From an uncultured Flavobacteriales bacterium (lineage in GTDB: Bacteria > Bacteroidota > Bacteroidia > Flavobacteriales_F > PHOS-HE28): 64,000 nt of DNA. A program made the position numbers and the translations under genes. The notes beneath the pieces are model-generated. The model did no database searches. It had not been told where the DNA came from and saw only the letters and a list, made by a program, of their open reading frames with translations. Of this stretch, positions 45,309 through 55,956 are shown piece by piece. Within the stretch, counting starts at the first letter, position 1. Each line of letters starts with the position of its first letter. The stretch is taken from NCBI GenBank assembly GCA_963814325.1, contig CAWFCK010000016.1:99190-163189 (forward strand), in the 5' to 3' direction.

Positions 45309-46779
45309 CTACTTGTGCATCAGTTCAAGGGTTTCCTTCAGCACAGCGGCATCGTCGAACGGGTGTTTCACACCCTTCACCTCCTGGTAGGTCTCATGTC
45401 CCTTGCCCGCAACGAGCACCACATCGCCCGGCTTGGCCAGACCCACGGCCATGCGGATCGCTTCACGCCGATCGGCGTTCACGAACACACGCGACTGGTC
45501 GCCCGCAGCCAGGCCCACCCGCATCTCGTGGATGATGGTGTTCGGGTCCTCGCTGCGCGGATTGTCGCTGGTCAGCACCACCTGGTTGCTCATCTCCACG
45601 GCGATGCGGGCCATGATGGGGCGCTTTGTGCGATCGCGATCACCGCCACAGCCCACCACGGTGATCACCTGCTGTTCATCGCGGATGGTGGCGTTCACGG
45701 TGGAGAGCACGTTCTTAAGTGCATCCGGCGTGTGGGCATAGTCCACAATGCCGATCACGCCATTCGCGCCCCGGATGATCTGGAAGCGACCGCGTGGTGC
45801 TTCGAGGTCGCTCAGCGCCGTGAGCACGTTCAACGGCTGTTCGCCGAGGATCATGGCCACGGAGTACACGGCCAGCAGGTTGCTCGCGTTGAACTCGCCG
45901 ATCAACCGGGTGTACACATCGTGCCCGTCGATGTTGAGGTGCAGGCCGGAGAGCTCGTTCTCGATGATGCGGGCCCGGTGGTCGGCCATGTTGTGCAGCG
46001 CATAGCTGCGCCCTGCGGGCCTTGGTGTTCTGCAGCATCACGGCGCCATTGGCGTCATCGGCGTTCACCAAGCGCGGTGGCGTCGCTGCCGAGCTGATCG
46101 AAGAAGCGCTTCTTGGCCTTGATGTATTCGGCGAACGTGCCGTGATAGTCGAGGTGGTCGTGCGTGATGTTGGTGAACACGGCCACGATCGAACTCGCAG
46201 CCCGGTGATGCGCTCCTGCACCACGCTGTGGCTGCTCACTTCCATGAAGCAATGCGTGCACCTTCTCGTCCACCATGGTGCGCAGCAGCTCGTTCAGGCG
46301 CATGGCGTCCGGGCGTGGTGTGCGTGCTCGTCGATGGTGCGCGTGCCGATGCGGATCTCCACGGTGCTGATCAGTCCGCACTTGTAGCCGAGCGCGCGGA
46401 ACAGGCGGTAGAGCAGCGTGGCGGTGCTGGTCTTGCCATTGGTGCCCGTGATGCCCACGAGCTTCAGCTCGCGGCTGGGGTTGCCATGGAAGTTGCAGGC
46501 GAGGAGCGCCAGCGCCTGCTGGCTGTCCTGCACGCGCACGTAGGTGACACCATCGCGGAAGGTGCTCGGGCATGCGCTCGCAGATGATCGCGGTGGCGCC
46601 CAGGTCGAGGGCCTTGTCGATGAAGTCGTGGCCATCGCTCTTGGTGCCCTTTATGGCCACGAAGGCCGTGAGGGGTTTCACCGCGCGGCTGTCGAACGTG
46701 ACCTGTTCGATGGCGCGTTGGTGCTGCCCACGACCTGTTCCAGCCGCACCTTGTAGAGGATGTCCTTGAGCAGCTTCAT
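45309..46779 (-). CDS. murE: UDP-N-acetylmuramoyl-L-alanyl-D-glutamate--2,6-diaminopimelate ligase. At least 4 frameshifts
   Basis: Start [24 protein letters not shown]-terminal ORF with DNPR motif ([10 protein letters not shown]) and [14 protein letters not shown]. Confidence 0.8.
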
Positions 46780-48913
46780 GTCAGTTCGAGCACGATCGAG
46801 GAACCTTGGAAGCAGCGCGTGCCCGGCGGAAGCGATTGCCGCTTCACCATGCCATGACCCACGATGCGCACGTTCAGGCCTTGGTTCTCGAGGATGTACA
46901 GCGCGTCCTTCAGCCCCATGCCCAGCACGTTGGGCACCAGGCCGAGCTGATCGCCGGGAATGGTGCGTGGACTGATCACCACCGCACTGTCGGCGGCCTG
47001 CGTGCTCACCCATTCACCATCGCCGGTCTGCTTCACGTTCACGCCGAGCCCTTGCGCAGCGGCGAGCAGATCATGTGCGTTGCCTCCATAGGTCAATGGC
47101 GTTCGCGCCTGCCCGCCCCGACGCAGGCTGTCGAGCAACGCGAGCTGCCTGGCATCCTGCATGTCGAGGCGGTTACCATAGACCTTCTCGGCGATCGCCA
47201 GGAAGATCGGACCGGCCACTATGTTCCCATAGTACCCGGCCTGGCTCGGTGAGCTCACTACTACAATGCAGGTATAGCGTGGTGCTTCCGCGGGGAAGTA
47301 GCCAACGAACGAGGCCTGGTAGCTCACACCGTTCACCTTGTAGCCGGCGTTCCCTTGGGCGATCTGTGCTGTGCCGGTCTTGCCCGCGATGTGGAAGTGC
47401 GCGCTCTTCAGGTTTGTGGCGGTGCCGCTGTCCACAACGCCTTCCAGCATTTTGCGCACGCTGGCCAGCACCGCATCGCTGCGCGATCCTCTCATTGAGC
47501 ACCACGGGTTCGAAGCGTTCAACCTCCTTGCCATTGCGCGTTACGCTGGTCACGAACAGCGGCTGCATCAGGCGTCCCTTGTTGGCGATGGCATTGTAGA
47601 AGGCCAGCGTTTGCATGGGCGTGATGGTGAGGCCATAGCCCACGCTGTTCCACGGCAGGCTGATGCTTGCTCCAGATCTTCTTGTGCTCAGGACCGTAGA
47701 GGAGCGGCATGGCCTCACCGGGAATGCGCACGCCGAGCGGCTTGCCCAGGCCCATGCGGCGAAGGCCGTTGATGAACTTCTCCGGCTGCTGTCTTGTAGG
47801 CCTTGTCAGATGGCTTGGGAGATCACCGTGTTGCTGCTGACCTCCAGCGCGCGATGCAGTGTGAGGATGCCGGGCTTCTTGTGCGAGTCCGGCAGTTTGT
47901 GGCCGCTGTACACCACTTCGCCACCATGCGTGTCCCACTTGTCCGTGGGCTTCAACAAGCCATCCTCCAAGCCCACGATGAGGCTCGCGGTCTTGAAGGT
48001 GCTACCCGGCTCGGTGGCATGGCCGATGGCGTAGTTCTCCACTTCAGCGTAGGTGCTGTCCTTCACCAGGGTGAGGTTGCTGATGGCCTTGATGTGACCC
48101 GTGCTCGTTTCCATCACCACCACGCAACCGTGGTGCGCGCCGTTCTTCCGCAACTGCGCTTCCAGCGCGGCATCGGCCACGTCCTGCAGGTTGATGTCGA
48201 TCGTGGTGTGGATGTCACTGCCGGCGATGGGTTCCTGACCATCACCATCATCCACGGGCATCCAGGTGCCGCCGACCAGGCGACGTTCGAGGCGGTTGCC
48301 GGCGGTGCCGTGCAGGTATTCCTCCAGTCCCTTTTCCAGTCCGTAGTTGCCGCTGTCCGCGGGAACATCGCCGATGGTGCGGCGCGCCAGACGACCGAAC
48401 CATTGCTTGCGCTCGTAGTGCTTCTTCACCACAAGCCCGCTGCGGATCGCCCTTCGCGGTATACCGGCAGCTTGAGCAGGTTCATCATCTGCTCGTGGTC
48501 CACCTTCCGTTTCACCAGGTGGTAGCGGTCGCCGCGGCGGTGCGCGTCGAGCAGTTCGCGTTTGTACTCGGCTGCGCTGCGGTCGTTGAAGATCGCGCTG
48601 AGGCCCAATGCGAGTGAGTCCACGCCGCCGAAGAACACGGTGGGCTTGAGGCCCTCGGAGCGCATGTCCATGTGGATCTCATATTCCGGCACGCTGGTGG
48701 CGAGCAGTCGGCCATCATCGCTGAGGATGCTGGCCGCGATCGGGCTGCACGCTGCGCACGGCGGTGGCCACGTTCGCGGCCATTTCGCGCCACTTCGGTC
48801 GCCTCCACGAACTGGATGGTGAAGAGCTTCACGGTGATCGCGAAGGCGACGAGGACGAGGCAGCCGTAGACAAGGCTTGTGCGCAGGCGGAGGACGCTCT
48901 TCTGCTCCGTCAT
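46776..48913 (-). CDS. ftsI: Peptidoglycan D,D-transpeptidase FtsI (PBP3 class B). Several frameshifts
   Basis: N-terminal [20 protein letters not shown]. Active-site STFK in ORF 47806-48432. C-terminal transpeptidase ORF 46776-47534. Confidence 0.8.
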
Positions 48914-49290
48914 GGATGCTGGGTTGTTTCCAGTTGATCCTCGTTGAGCGTGATGCGCATCGGCGGCGTCTTGCTCTCCTTCAATCCGAGCGCGCGGATG
49001 TCCGTGGCCACATGGCTTTGTTGCTGCGCCTGTTCCAGGTGGCTGCGCACGGTGAGGTATTCGCTCTTCATCTCCTTCAGCTCGCTGCTCGTGCGGTCCA
49101 GGTCGCGCACGGTGCGCTCGGTCCAGTACCCGTAACCGATGTAGCAGAGCATGAGCCCGGCGCAGAAGAGGATGAAGGGCATGTTGCTCCAGCACCTTCT
49201 CCTTGGAGAGGAAGCTGCCGTTGAGCACGCCGATGAGGGCGCGTTGGGCAGCCTCATGGGGCTGCTTGCGGCTTTGGCCTCACGCTTTTC
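48910..49290 (-). CDS. ftsL: Cell division protein FtsL (Bacteroidota type). Coordinates approximate, 2 frameshifts
   Basis: ...[15 protein letters not shown] / [20 protein letters not shown]... followed by a coiled-coil region. Ends 3 nt before the ftsI start. Confidence 0.5.
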   Translation of the reverse strand, partial: EKREAKAASSPMRLPNAPSSACSTAASSPRRRCWSNMPFILFCAGLMLCYIGYGYWTERTVRDLDRTSSELKEMKSEYLTVRSHLEQAQQQSHVATDIRALGLKESKTPPMRITLNEDQLETTQHP

Positions 49291-50240
49291 TGGCGCGGCC
49301 TCGGGTTGTTTTTCGCGGACCTTGTTCACGTCCTTGTGGCTGTTCTCAATGCGGGCACTACGTGCTCGCGGGTTCATGGCTGTCTCCTTGTCTGATGGCT
49401 GTGTCGCCTTGTTGCTATCGGGCTCGAAGGGTCGGATCCGATTGCCGTAGATGTCCTTGTTCTCCTCACCGCTGAAGTCACCGCCGCGCATCCAGTTCTT
49501 CACCATCCGGTCCTCCAGGCTGTGGTAGCTCATCACCACCAACCGTCCGCCCGGCTTTATCACCTGCGCGCTCTGCTTCAGCAGCGCTTCCAGCGATCCG
49601 AGCTCATCGTTCACCGCGATGCGCAGGGCTTGGAAGACCTGTGCGAGGAAGCTGTTGCCTCCCTGTCGCGGCGTCACCGGCTTCAGCGCTTCGATGAGCT
49701 GTTGCGTGGTGGTGATGCGCTGGGTGCGTCGGGCCAGCGACGATCTGCCGGGCCACGCGCTTGGCGCCTTCCACTTCGCCGTAGTTCCGCAGGATCTCCG
49801 CCAGGCGGTCCTCATCGTGGCCGTTCACCAGGTCGGCGGCGTTGCGCTTGGTGCGCTTGTCCATGCGCATGTCCAAGCGGGCCATCGAAGCGGATGCTGA
49901 ATCCACGCGCGCCGGTATCGAACTGGTGACTGCTCACGCCGAGGTCGGCGAGCAGGCCATCGATGGGCAGTTTGCCCAGGTAGCGCAGGTGGTTCTTCAG
50001 CCAGCGGAAGTCGGCCTTCACCAGCGTCATCCGCGGGTCATCCGGCTTGTTCTTCCAAGCGTCGGCGTCGCGGTCGAAGGCGATCAACGAGCCGCTGTCA
50101 TCCAGCTTTTCGAGGATCGCCCTGCTGTGGCCACCGCCCCCGAAGGTGACGTCGACATAGACACCGCCGGGGCGGATCTTCAAGGCATCGACACAGTCAT
50201 GTAAAAGAACGGGATCGTGGTACTCACTTCCCGTCTTCAT
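49290..50240 (-). CDS. rsmH: 16S rRNA (cytosine1402-N4)-methyltransferase RsmH/MraW. Frameshift near 49815. 3' end approximate
   Basis: N-terminal HDPVLL..., [17 protein letters not shown]-terminal half in ORF 48910-49815 (...[15 protein letters not shown]..., NPRARSAR). Confidence 0.75.
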
Positions 50241-50689
50241 TGCCCAACGAACCCATTACGTCCTCGGCGAGAGCAGTGAAGTCCACTTTCTCGCCGCGCA
50301 TGGTTGCGTAGGCTTTGCTGTCCCAGACCTCCACCCGATCGCCGAGGCCCACGAGCTTGATGTCCTTGCCCATGCGGGCATCCTTCATCAAGGCGTAAGG
50401 CAGCAGCATACGACCGGTGGGGTCGAGTGTCCAGTGGCGTAGCCCCTGCGGTGAAGCGCCGGATGAACTCGTTGTTCTTTTCGATGAAACGGTTCAGCCG
50501 GCCCAACATCGCGCTGGTGCTTTCCCAAACAGGCATGGGATAGAGCACCAGACAAGGGCGGAACACGTCGCGGTTCATGACGAAGCCCTGGCTGGCCACA
50601 TCCTGCAGCTGCTTGCGCAGCCCGGCGGGCAGGACCATACGCCCTTTGGCGTCCAGTCGGCAATCGTATTCCCCTAACAAGTTCAGCAT
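50224..50689 (-). CDS. mraZ: Transcriptional regulator MraZ. Frameshift near 50400
   Basis: MLNLLGEYDCRLDAKGRMVLPAGLRKQL... then, in another frame, GRMLLPYALMKDARMGKDIKLVGLGDRVEVWD (second MraZ repeat). Confidence 0.7.
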
Positions 50690-50733
50690 ACGCGACCATG
50701 AGCGTGCGAGATGGCGGCGAAAGTAGCCGGGGT

Positions 50734-50764
50734 CCGGCACTTTCGGGCACTATCGGGCACTTTG
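50734..50764 (-). promoter_or_regulatory. Candidate MraZ operator: three 10-bp-spaced direct repeats (minus strand AAGTGCCCGA / TAGTGCCCGA / AAGTGCCGG) about 45 bp upstream of mraZ
   Basis: Plus strand reads ccggcacttt cgggcactat cgggcacttt. MraZ is known to bind tandem direct repeats in its own promoter. Confidence 0.45.
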
Positions 50765-51337
50765 TTGAAAACTTGGCCCCTCAAAGATAGGTTGATCTGG
50801 GATAATGCTGCAACAAAGGCCTTGAAAATGCTGAGAAAAGCCGGGTGTCTGAAAGTGCCGGAGTTTCCCACATGTGCGTCGAAATGGGCTGCGGGGCTGG
50901 AACAGCCTCAACCGTCATTCTTTCCGATACGGCCTTAAAAGATCGAGAATGGACAAGGGCTTCAGCGCTATCAGCCCTAGAGTGTGGACCTGACAGTGCG
51001 TATTTCTCGAACCGACATGGGGAGTTGATCGTTCTCCGAGCACATGACCGGTCACGCCAACTATCGAGGGCATCGTAAGGAGATAATCGAAGGCCCCTCC
51101 GGTCTACAATGCGATCGGTATCACAGGCTTGAGTTGTAGCACAAGGCGTGAGTGCGGACCATAGTGGAAGGCGCGCCGCGCGCAGGTTCCATCCATGGTC
51201 TATGACCTTTTGATCTGTAAGGAACACTGGCACGTTGTACCTCTGGAAGGTCTGCTCATACACAGGATTACGAGCGAGAGGCTTTCGCACCCCTACATTT
51301 GATCACAACGCCCCCCGACACGGTCGGGATGAGACAC

Positions 51338-52113
51338 ATGCAACCCCAGTTGAAGGAGGAAGGAGAGTTCAAGTACATCGATGTCGGTGAGGGGCCGCCG
51401 TTGCTCTTCCTGCACGGGCTGTTCGGTGCCCTCAGCAACTTCGAAGGACCCGATCGCGCATTTCGGTCGGCATTACCGGGTGCTGATGCCGATGCTGCCG
51501 CTGTACACGCTGCCGATGCTCAATACCAACGTGCCCGCATTGGCCGACTTTCTGGACCGCTTCGTTCAGCCACCTGGGCTTGAAGGAGATCAACCTGCTG
51601 GGCAACTCACTCGGTGGGCATGTGGCGCTGATCTATTGCACGCATCATACCGAGAAGGTCCGCACGCTCATCCTCACGGGCAGCAGCGGCTTGTACGAGA
51701 ACGCTTTCGGCGGAAGCTTCCCACGTCGCGAGGACAAGGAATACCTGCGCGCCAAGATCGCGCTCACCTTCCACGACCCCAAGTTCGCCACGGATGCGCT
51801 GGTGGAGGAGTGCTACGTAACGGTGAACGACAAGGCCAAGCTCATCCGCATCCTTTCACTCGCGAAGAGCGCGATCCGCCACAACATGGCCAAGGACCTG
51901 CCGAACCTGAAGATGCCCGTGTGCCTCATCTGGGGAAAGCAGGACACCATCACGCCGCCGCATGTCGCGGAGGAATTCCATTCGCTCATTCCGCATAGCG
52001 ACCTGTTCTGGATCGATGAGTGCGGACACGCCGCCATGATGGAGCATCCCGACAAGTTCAATGTCATCGTGGACAACTGGCTGGCGAAGACCTTGGGAAC
52101 CGCAAAACCGTAG
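51338..52113 (+). CDS. Alpha/beta-hydrolase fold protein. 2 frameshifts (about 51455 and about 51575)
   Basis: LLFLHGLFGALSNFEG, nucleophile elbow GNSLGG, C-terminal ...DECGHAAMMEHPDKF. Confidence 0.65.
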
Positions 52114-52205
52114 AATGTTGAATGTAGAACCGAAGAAGTCTTACCGCGATCCACTTTCACCTTCTGCGGTTCAACGTTCCTCGGTTCTTCGGTTCGCATA
52201 GCCCC

Positions 52206-52814
52206 ATGGAAAACCTCATCGCAGAGCACCTCGGCAGCGGACGCGAGGCCAAACATTGGCCCAAGCCGACGTTGCCGGAGTATGCCTTCATCGGACGCAG
52301 CAACGTGGGCAAGAGCTCGCTGGTGAACATGCTGGTGGGTATCAATAAGCTGGCTCGCGTGAGCAATACACCGGGCAAGACGCGCAACGTGGAGCACTTC
52401 AAGGTGGACAACTCATGGTTGCTGGCCGATCTGCCCGGTTACGGATTTGCCAAAGTGAGCCTGAACGAGCGTGCAGCGTGGCGCACGATGATCGACAACT
52501 ATCTCCTGGAACGCGAGAACCTGCAGTGCGTGTTCGTACTGGTGGATGGTCGCCTGGAGCCGCAGAAGAACGACCTGGGCATGATCAAATGGCTTGGCGA
52601 GAAGGAGATCCCCTTCGTGATCGTGTTCACCAAGAGCGACAAGCTGAAACAACCCTCGCTCATCAGCAACATCGCGCTGTTCAAGCGCACGCTGAAGAAG
52701 ACCTGGGATCAGCTGCCCACCATGTTCATCACCTCATCGGAGAGCAAGAAGGGGCGCGAGGAGATCCTCGAGTTCATCGCCGGGGTGAATGCGCAGTGGG
52801 GGAACAAAGGTTGA
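52206..52814 (+). CDS. engB: Ribosome biogenesis GTP-binding protein YihA/EngB
   Basis: GRSNVGKSSLVN (G1), DLPGYG (G3), TKSDK (G4). Confidence 0.85.
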   Translation: MENLIAEHLGSGREAKHWPKPTLPEYAFIGRSNVGKSSLVNMLVGINKLARVSNTPGKTRNVEHFKVDNSWLLADLPGYGFAKVSLNERAAWRTMIDNYLLERENLQCVFVLVDGRLEPQKNDLGMIKWLGEKEIPFVIVFTKSDKLKQPSLISNIALFKRTLKKTWDQLPTMFITSSESKKGREEILEFIAGVNAQWGNKG

Positions 52815-52903
52815 ACTGTCTGGCTGCGGACCACGAGCTTCGAGCCACGAGCTTGTGAGCGGTCAAAAGCTCGTAGCGCAAAGCTCGCAGCTCATGGCCG
52901 CGC
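52815..52903. terminator. Nested inverted repeats (CACGAGCTT ... AAGCTCGT, GTGAGCG ... CGCTCAC) between convergent engB and gldC. Candidate bidirectional terminator
   Basis: Read directly. Weak T-tract. Confidence 0.35.
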
Positions 52904-53239
52904 TCACGACTTCTTCAAGTCAGGCAGCATATGCTCCGCGAAGTAGTGCCCGAAGTCACGGAACTGAGCGGCCATCTTTCCTTCTCCCGTCGCGCGTTCA
53001 AACGTGTCCGCCATCGTCATGATGCTCTGGTGGTAGAACGCCTTCATCTCATCGGTGGTCATCTCCTTCGTCCACAGATCGATGCGCAATGTGTTGTTCT
53101 CCCGCGCGTCCCACAGGCTGATCAAGGTGGCTTTGCACTCGCTCTTCACGTTGCCATCCTCGGCCTCCCACTCAATGCGGTCGGGCACCTGGTTCTCATC
53201 GAGCGTAACGGTGAAGCGGATCTGTGAGGTCTTTGACAT
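52904..53239 (-). CDS. gldC: Probable gliding motility protein GldC (111 aa)
   Basis: Small conserved protein immediately downstream of the gldB-like lipoprotein gene. Size and the N-terminal MSKTSQIRFTVTLDENQVP pattern fit GldC. The call rests mainly on synteny. Confidence 0.55.
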   Translation of the reverse strand: MSKTSQIRFTVTLDENQVPDRIEWEAEDGNVKSECKATLISLWDARENNTLRIDLWTKEMTTDEMKAFYHQSIMTMADTFERATGEGKMAAQFRDFGHYFAEHMLPDLKKS

Positions 53240-53335
53240 GGTTTGTGGAATTCTGGACTGTCTTATGTCTCATGTCTTATGCGGCTCCTGCCGCCTCGGC
53301 ACTCGCATCGGACATAAGACATCCGACAGTCCTGA

Positions 53336-54364
53336 TCATCTCGGTTTATAGCTCTTCAGCACGCTTCGTGGATCGGTCTTGCGGAACAGCGCCGCGGCGG
53401 TGATGTCGCTGTGGTCGTCCATGTAGCTCTTCACCAGGCGGTACCCGATCCATTCGCCGAGGTGGCCGGGGCTTTCGTGCGGAAGTCCGTTCGTGAACGG
53501 CCCGTCGTTCAGCAGGCGATCAATGTCCTCGTTCTTCTTGCTGTACAACTGCTGCTTGGCCACGAGCTCCTTCCAAATATTGAACTCGTTGTCCTCGCAC
53601 CACTTCAGTTGTTCATCGGTGTAGGCGAACTTCAACGCCGGGTTGGTCTCCGGCAGCAGCTCATCCAGCAAGTACATCACCTTGCCGATCTCCACCAGGT
53701 TCGTCAACAGGTCCTCGCCACGCACATCCTGTGTGTAGTGCACCTGCAACCAGCCCTTCACCGCGCTTGGTACGAGCATTTCCGGGCGCATGCGGTCCTT
53801 CACGTATTGCGGAAAGGCATCGGGTGCCAGGTATTGTACCACTTTGCTGTCCTTGCCCACGAACCATTCGACACCGATGCCCAGCACGCTGTCCGTGGGG
53901 ATCACGCCATAATTGAAGCCGCTGTTGAAGATCACGATGCGCGGCACCAGGCGGTCCGGGAATTCCGCCTTCAGCCGCTCGAAGGCCCGTTCGAACTCCC
54001 CGCGTTGGGGCTCCATGTCGCCGAACACGCTGTCGGCCCGCTGCTGGAGGCTGTTCCAATCGGGGTCCATCACGAACCGCGTGAGGGCGATGGGCAGGCG
54101 GGGGTCGTCTATGGGTGCAGCTTGCAGCACGCGTTCAACGTAGTCCTTATAGAAGCCACCATACTGGGCGTAGAGCTTCAGGTTGAAGTTCGTGGACGTG
54201 TCGCGGGCCCCTCGGAACAGGTCCTGGTCCAGTCGTTCCAGCCTTAGATCAAGGTCCACAGGCGCTGATATGGGGCGACGATCACCGCCGCAGGCTGTCA
54301 TAAGCACCACCGCTGTTAAAAAGCCGCAGTTGGCGGGATGGAGCAGCGGGTTACTTTTGACCAT
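53336..54364 (-). CDS. gldB: Probable gliding motility lipoprotein GldB
   Basis: Lipoprotein signal MVKSNPLLHPANCGFLTAVVLMTACGG. About 340 aa. Sits in the gldB-gldC arrangement with nadE divergent upstream, as I recall for Flavobacterium. Confidence 0.55.
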   Translation of the reverse strand: MVKSNPLLHPANCGFLTAVVLMTACGGDRRPISAPVDLDLRLERLDQDLFRGARDTSTNFNLKLYAQYGGFYKDYVERVLQAAPIDDPRLPIALTRFVMDPDWNSLQQRADSVFGDMEPQRGEFERAFERLKAEFPDRLVPRIVIFNSGFNYGVIPTDSVLGIGVEWFVGKDSKVVQYLAPDAFPQYVKDRMRPEMLVPSAVKGWLQVHYTQDVRGEDLLTNLVEIGKVMYLLDELLPETNPALKFAYTDEQLKWCEDNEFNIWKELVAKQQLYSKKNEDIDRLLNDGPFTNGLPHESPGHLGEWIGYRLVKSYMDDHSDITAAALFRKTDPRSVLKSYKPR

Positions 54365-54386
54365 TCGATAAAACGCACGCGAAACT

Positions 54387-55040
54387 ATGAAGAAGGGGAT
54401 CTTCCTCCTGGCCGCAGCCCTGATCTGCGCCCAATTCACACATGCACAGGACAAATCCACGCGCCTGGGCCTTCAGCTCTGCCCCAATATGGGCTGGTTC
54501 AAGACCGATGAGAAGGGCATAGACAACGACGGCACGCGCCTCGGCTTCCGCTTCGGCCTGCTCGGCGACTTCCAACTGGGTGCCAACGCCAACTACTTCT
54601 TCAGCACGGGTGCCTTCCTGAACAATGTGGGGGCCAAGCAGAAGAGCACGGTTTCCTTCACGGACAGCCTGGGTGCTATCTCCACCGTGTCCTCCACAGG
54701 TGAAGTGAAGCTCCAATATGTGGAGATCCCCATCACGATCAAGTTGAAGACCAACGAGATCGGCTACATCACCTACTTCGGCCAGATCGGCTTTGATGCC
54801 GGATTGCGCGTTGCCGCGAAGGCGAAAGCCGGGGACAGCGAATTCGAGGACATCAGTGATGATACCAACCTGTTGCGTATGGCGCTGGTGGTGGGCGGTG
54901 GCATGGAGTACAACTTCAGCGGCAACACCTCTGCACTGGTGGGCCTGAAGTACAGCAACGGCTTCACCAACGTGAACGATAGCGACGGCCCCAAAGTGAA
55001 GCTCCACTACTTCGAGCTCACCGTTGGTGCCCTGTTCTAG
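54387..55040 (+). CDS. Small outer-membrane beta-barrel protein (OmpW/PorT-like porin family)
   Basis: Signal MKKGIFLLAAALICAQFTHAQ, alternating beta-strand pattern, C-terminal ...ELTVGALF. Confidence 0.55.
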   Translation: MKKGIFLLAAALICAQFTHAQDKSTRLGLQLCPNMGWFKTDEKGIDNDGTRLGFRFGLLGDFQLGANANYFFSTGAFLNNVGAKQKSTVSFTDSLGAISTVSSTGEVKLQYVEIPITIKLKTNEIGYITYFGQIGFDAGLRVAAKAKAGDSEFEDISDDTNLLRMALVVGGGMEYNFSGNTSALVGLKYSNGFTNVNDSDGPKVKLHYFELTVGALF

Positions 55041-55103
55041 GCTGAACATTCTTCCACTCATGGAGCCCTGCCCATTGGGGCGGGGCTTCTTATTTCGATA
55101 CCA

Positions 55104-55901
55104 ATGAACACGGATAAGGTCATAGCACACATAACGGACTGGCTGCGCACATACTGCGAACAGAACGGGCAGAAGGGATTCGTGGTCGGCGTGAGCGGTG
55201 GCATCGACAGTGCGGTCACCAGTGCACTGTGCGCCCGCACCGGTCTGCCCACGCTCTGTGTGGAAATGCCCATCTATCAGGCCCACTCGCAGGTGGAGCG
55301 TGCGCAGGAGCACATCACGGCACTGCGAAGCTCCCACCCTAACGTGCTCATGGAGGTGGTGAAGCTCACGCCCGTGTTCGATTCCATTGTGGCTGCGCTT
55401 CCTACGCACCACGATAAGACGTCAACGGACCTGGCGCTGGCCAACACGCGCGCCCGCCTGCGCATGACCACCCTGTACTACTTCGCGGGCCTGCATCGCT
55501 ATGTCGTGGCCGGCACCGGGAACAAGGTGGAGGACTTTGGTGTGGGCTTCTTCACCAAGTACGGTGATGGCGGTGTTGATCTTTCGCCGATCGCGGATCT
55601 GATGAAGACCGAGGTGTATGAGGTGGCTGCTGCGCTCGGGATCGTGGACAGCATCATGAAGGCCAAGCCTACGGACGGGCTCTTCGGCGACGACCGTAGC
55701 GATGAGGACCAGATCGGTGCCAGCTATCCCGAACTCGAATGGGCCATGGAATACCGCGACGGGGGCGGTGATCCGAACACCGAGGCACTGACACCACGGC
55801 AACGGCATGTGCTCGGCATCTTCGATCAGCGCCGCGCGGCCAATCGCCACAAGATGGTACCGATCCCGGTGTGCAACATACCTTCGGAGTTGAAGCGCTG
55901 A
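55104..55901 (+). CDS. nadE: NH3-dependent NAD+ synthetase
   Basis: PP-loop FVVGVSGGIDSAV. 265 aa. Confidence 0.85.
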   Translation: MNTDKVIAHITDWLRTYCEQNGQKGFVVGVSGGIDSAVTSALCARTGLPTLCVEMPIYQAHSQVERAQEHITALRSSHPNVLMEVVKLTPVFDSIVAALPTHHDKTSTDLALANTRARLRMTTLYYFAGLHRYVVAGTGNKVEDFGVGFFTKYGDGGVDLSPIADLMKTEVYEVAAALGIVDSIMKAKPTDGLFGDDRSDEDQIGASYPELEWAMEYRDGGGDPNTEALTPRQRHVLGIFDQRRAANRHKMVPIPVCNIPSELKR

Positions 55902-55956
55902 GCGCCCTCCGCAATACCTTGGACGGCGGTACGTTCCAACGTCATTCGCAACCACC

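Noticed and set aside
34528-50750. Frameshifted dcw genes read as true pseudogenes or programmed frameshifts
   Set aside because: These are essential single-copy genes, and protein similarity continues cleanly in the adjacent frame. Indel assembly errors are far more likely, as discussed in the findings.
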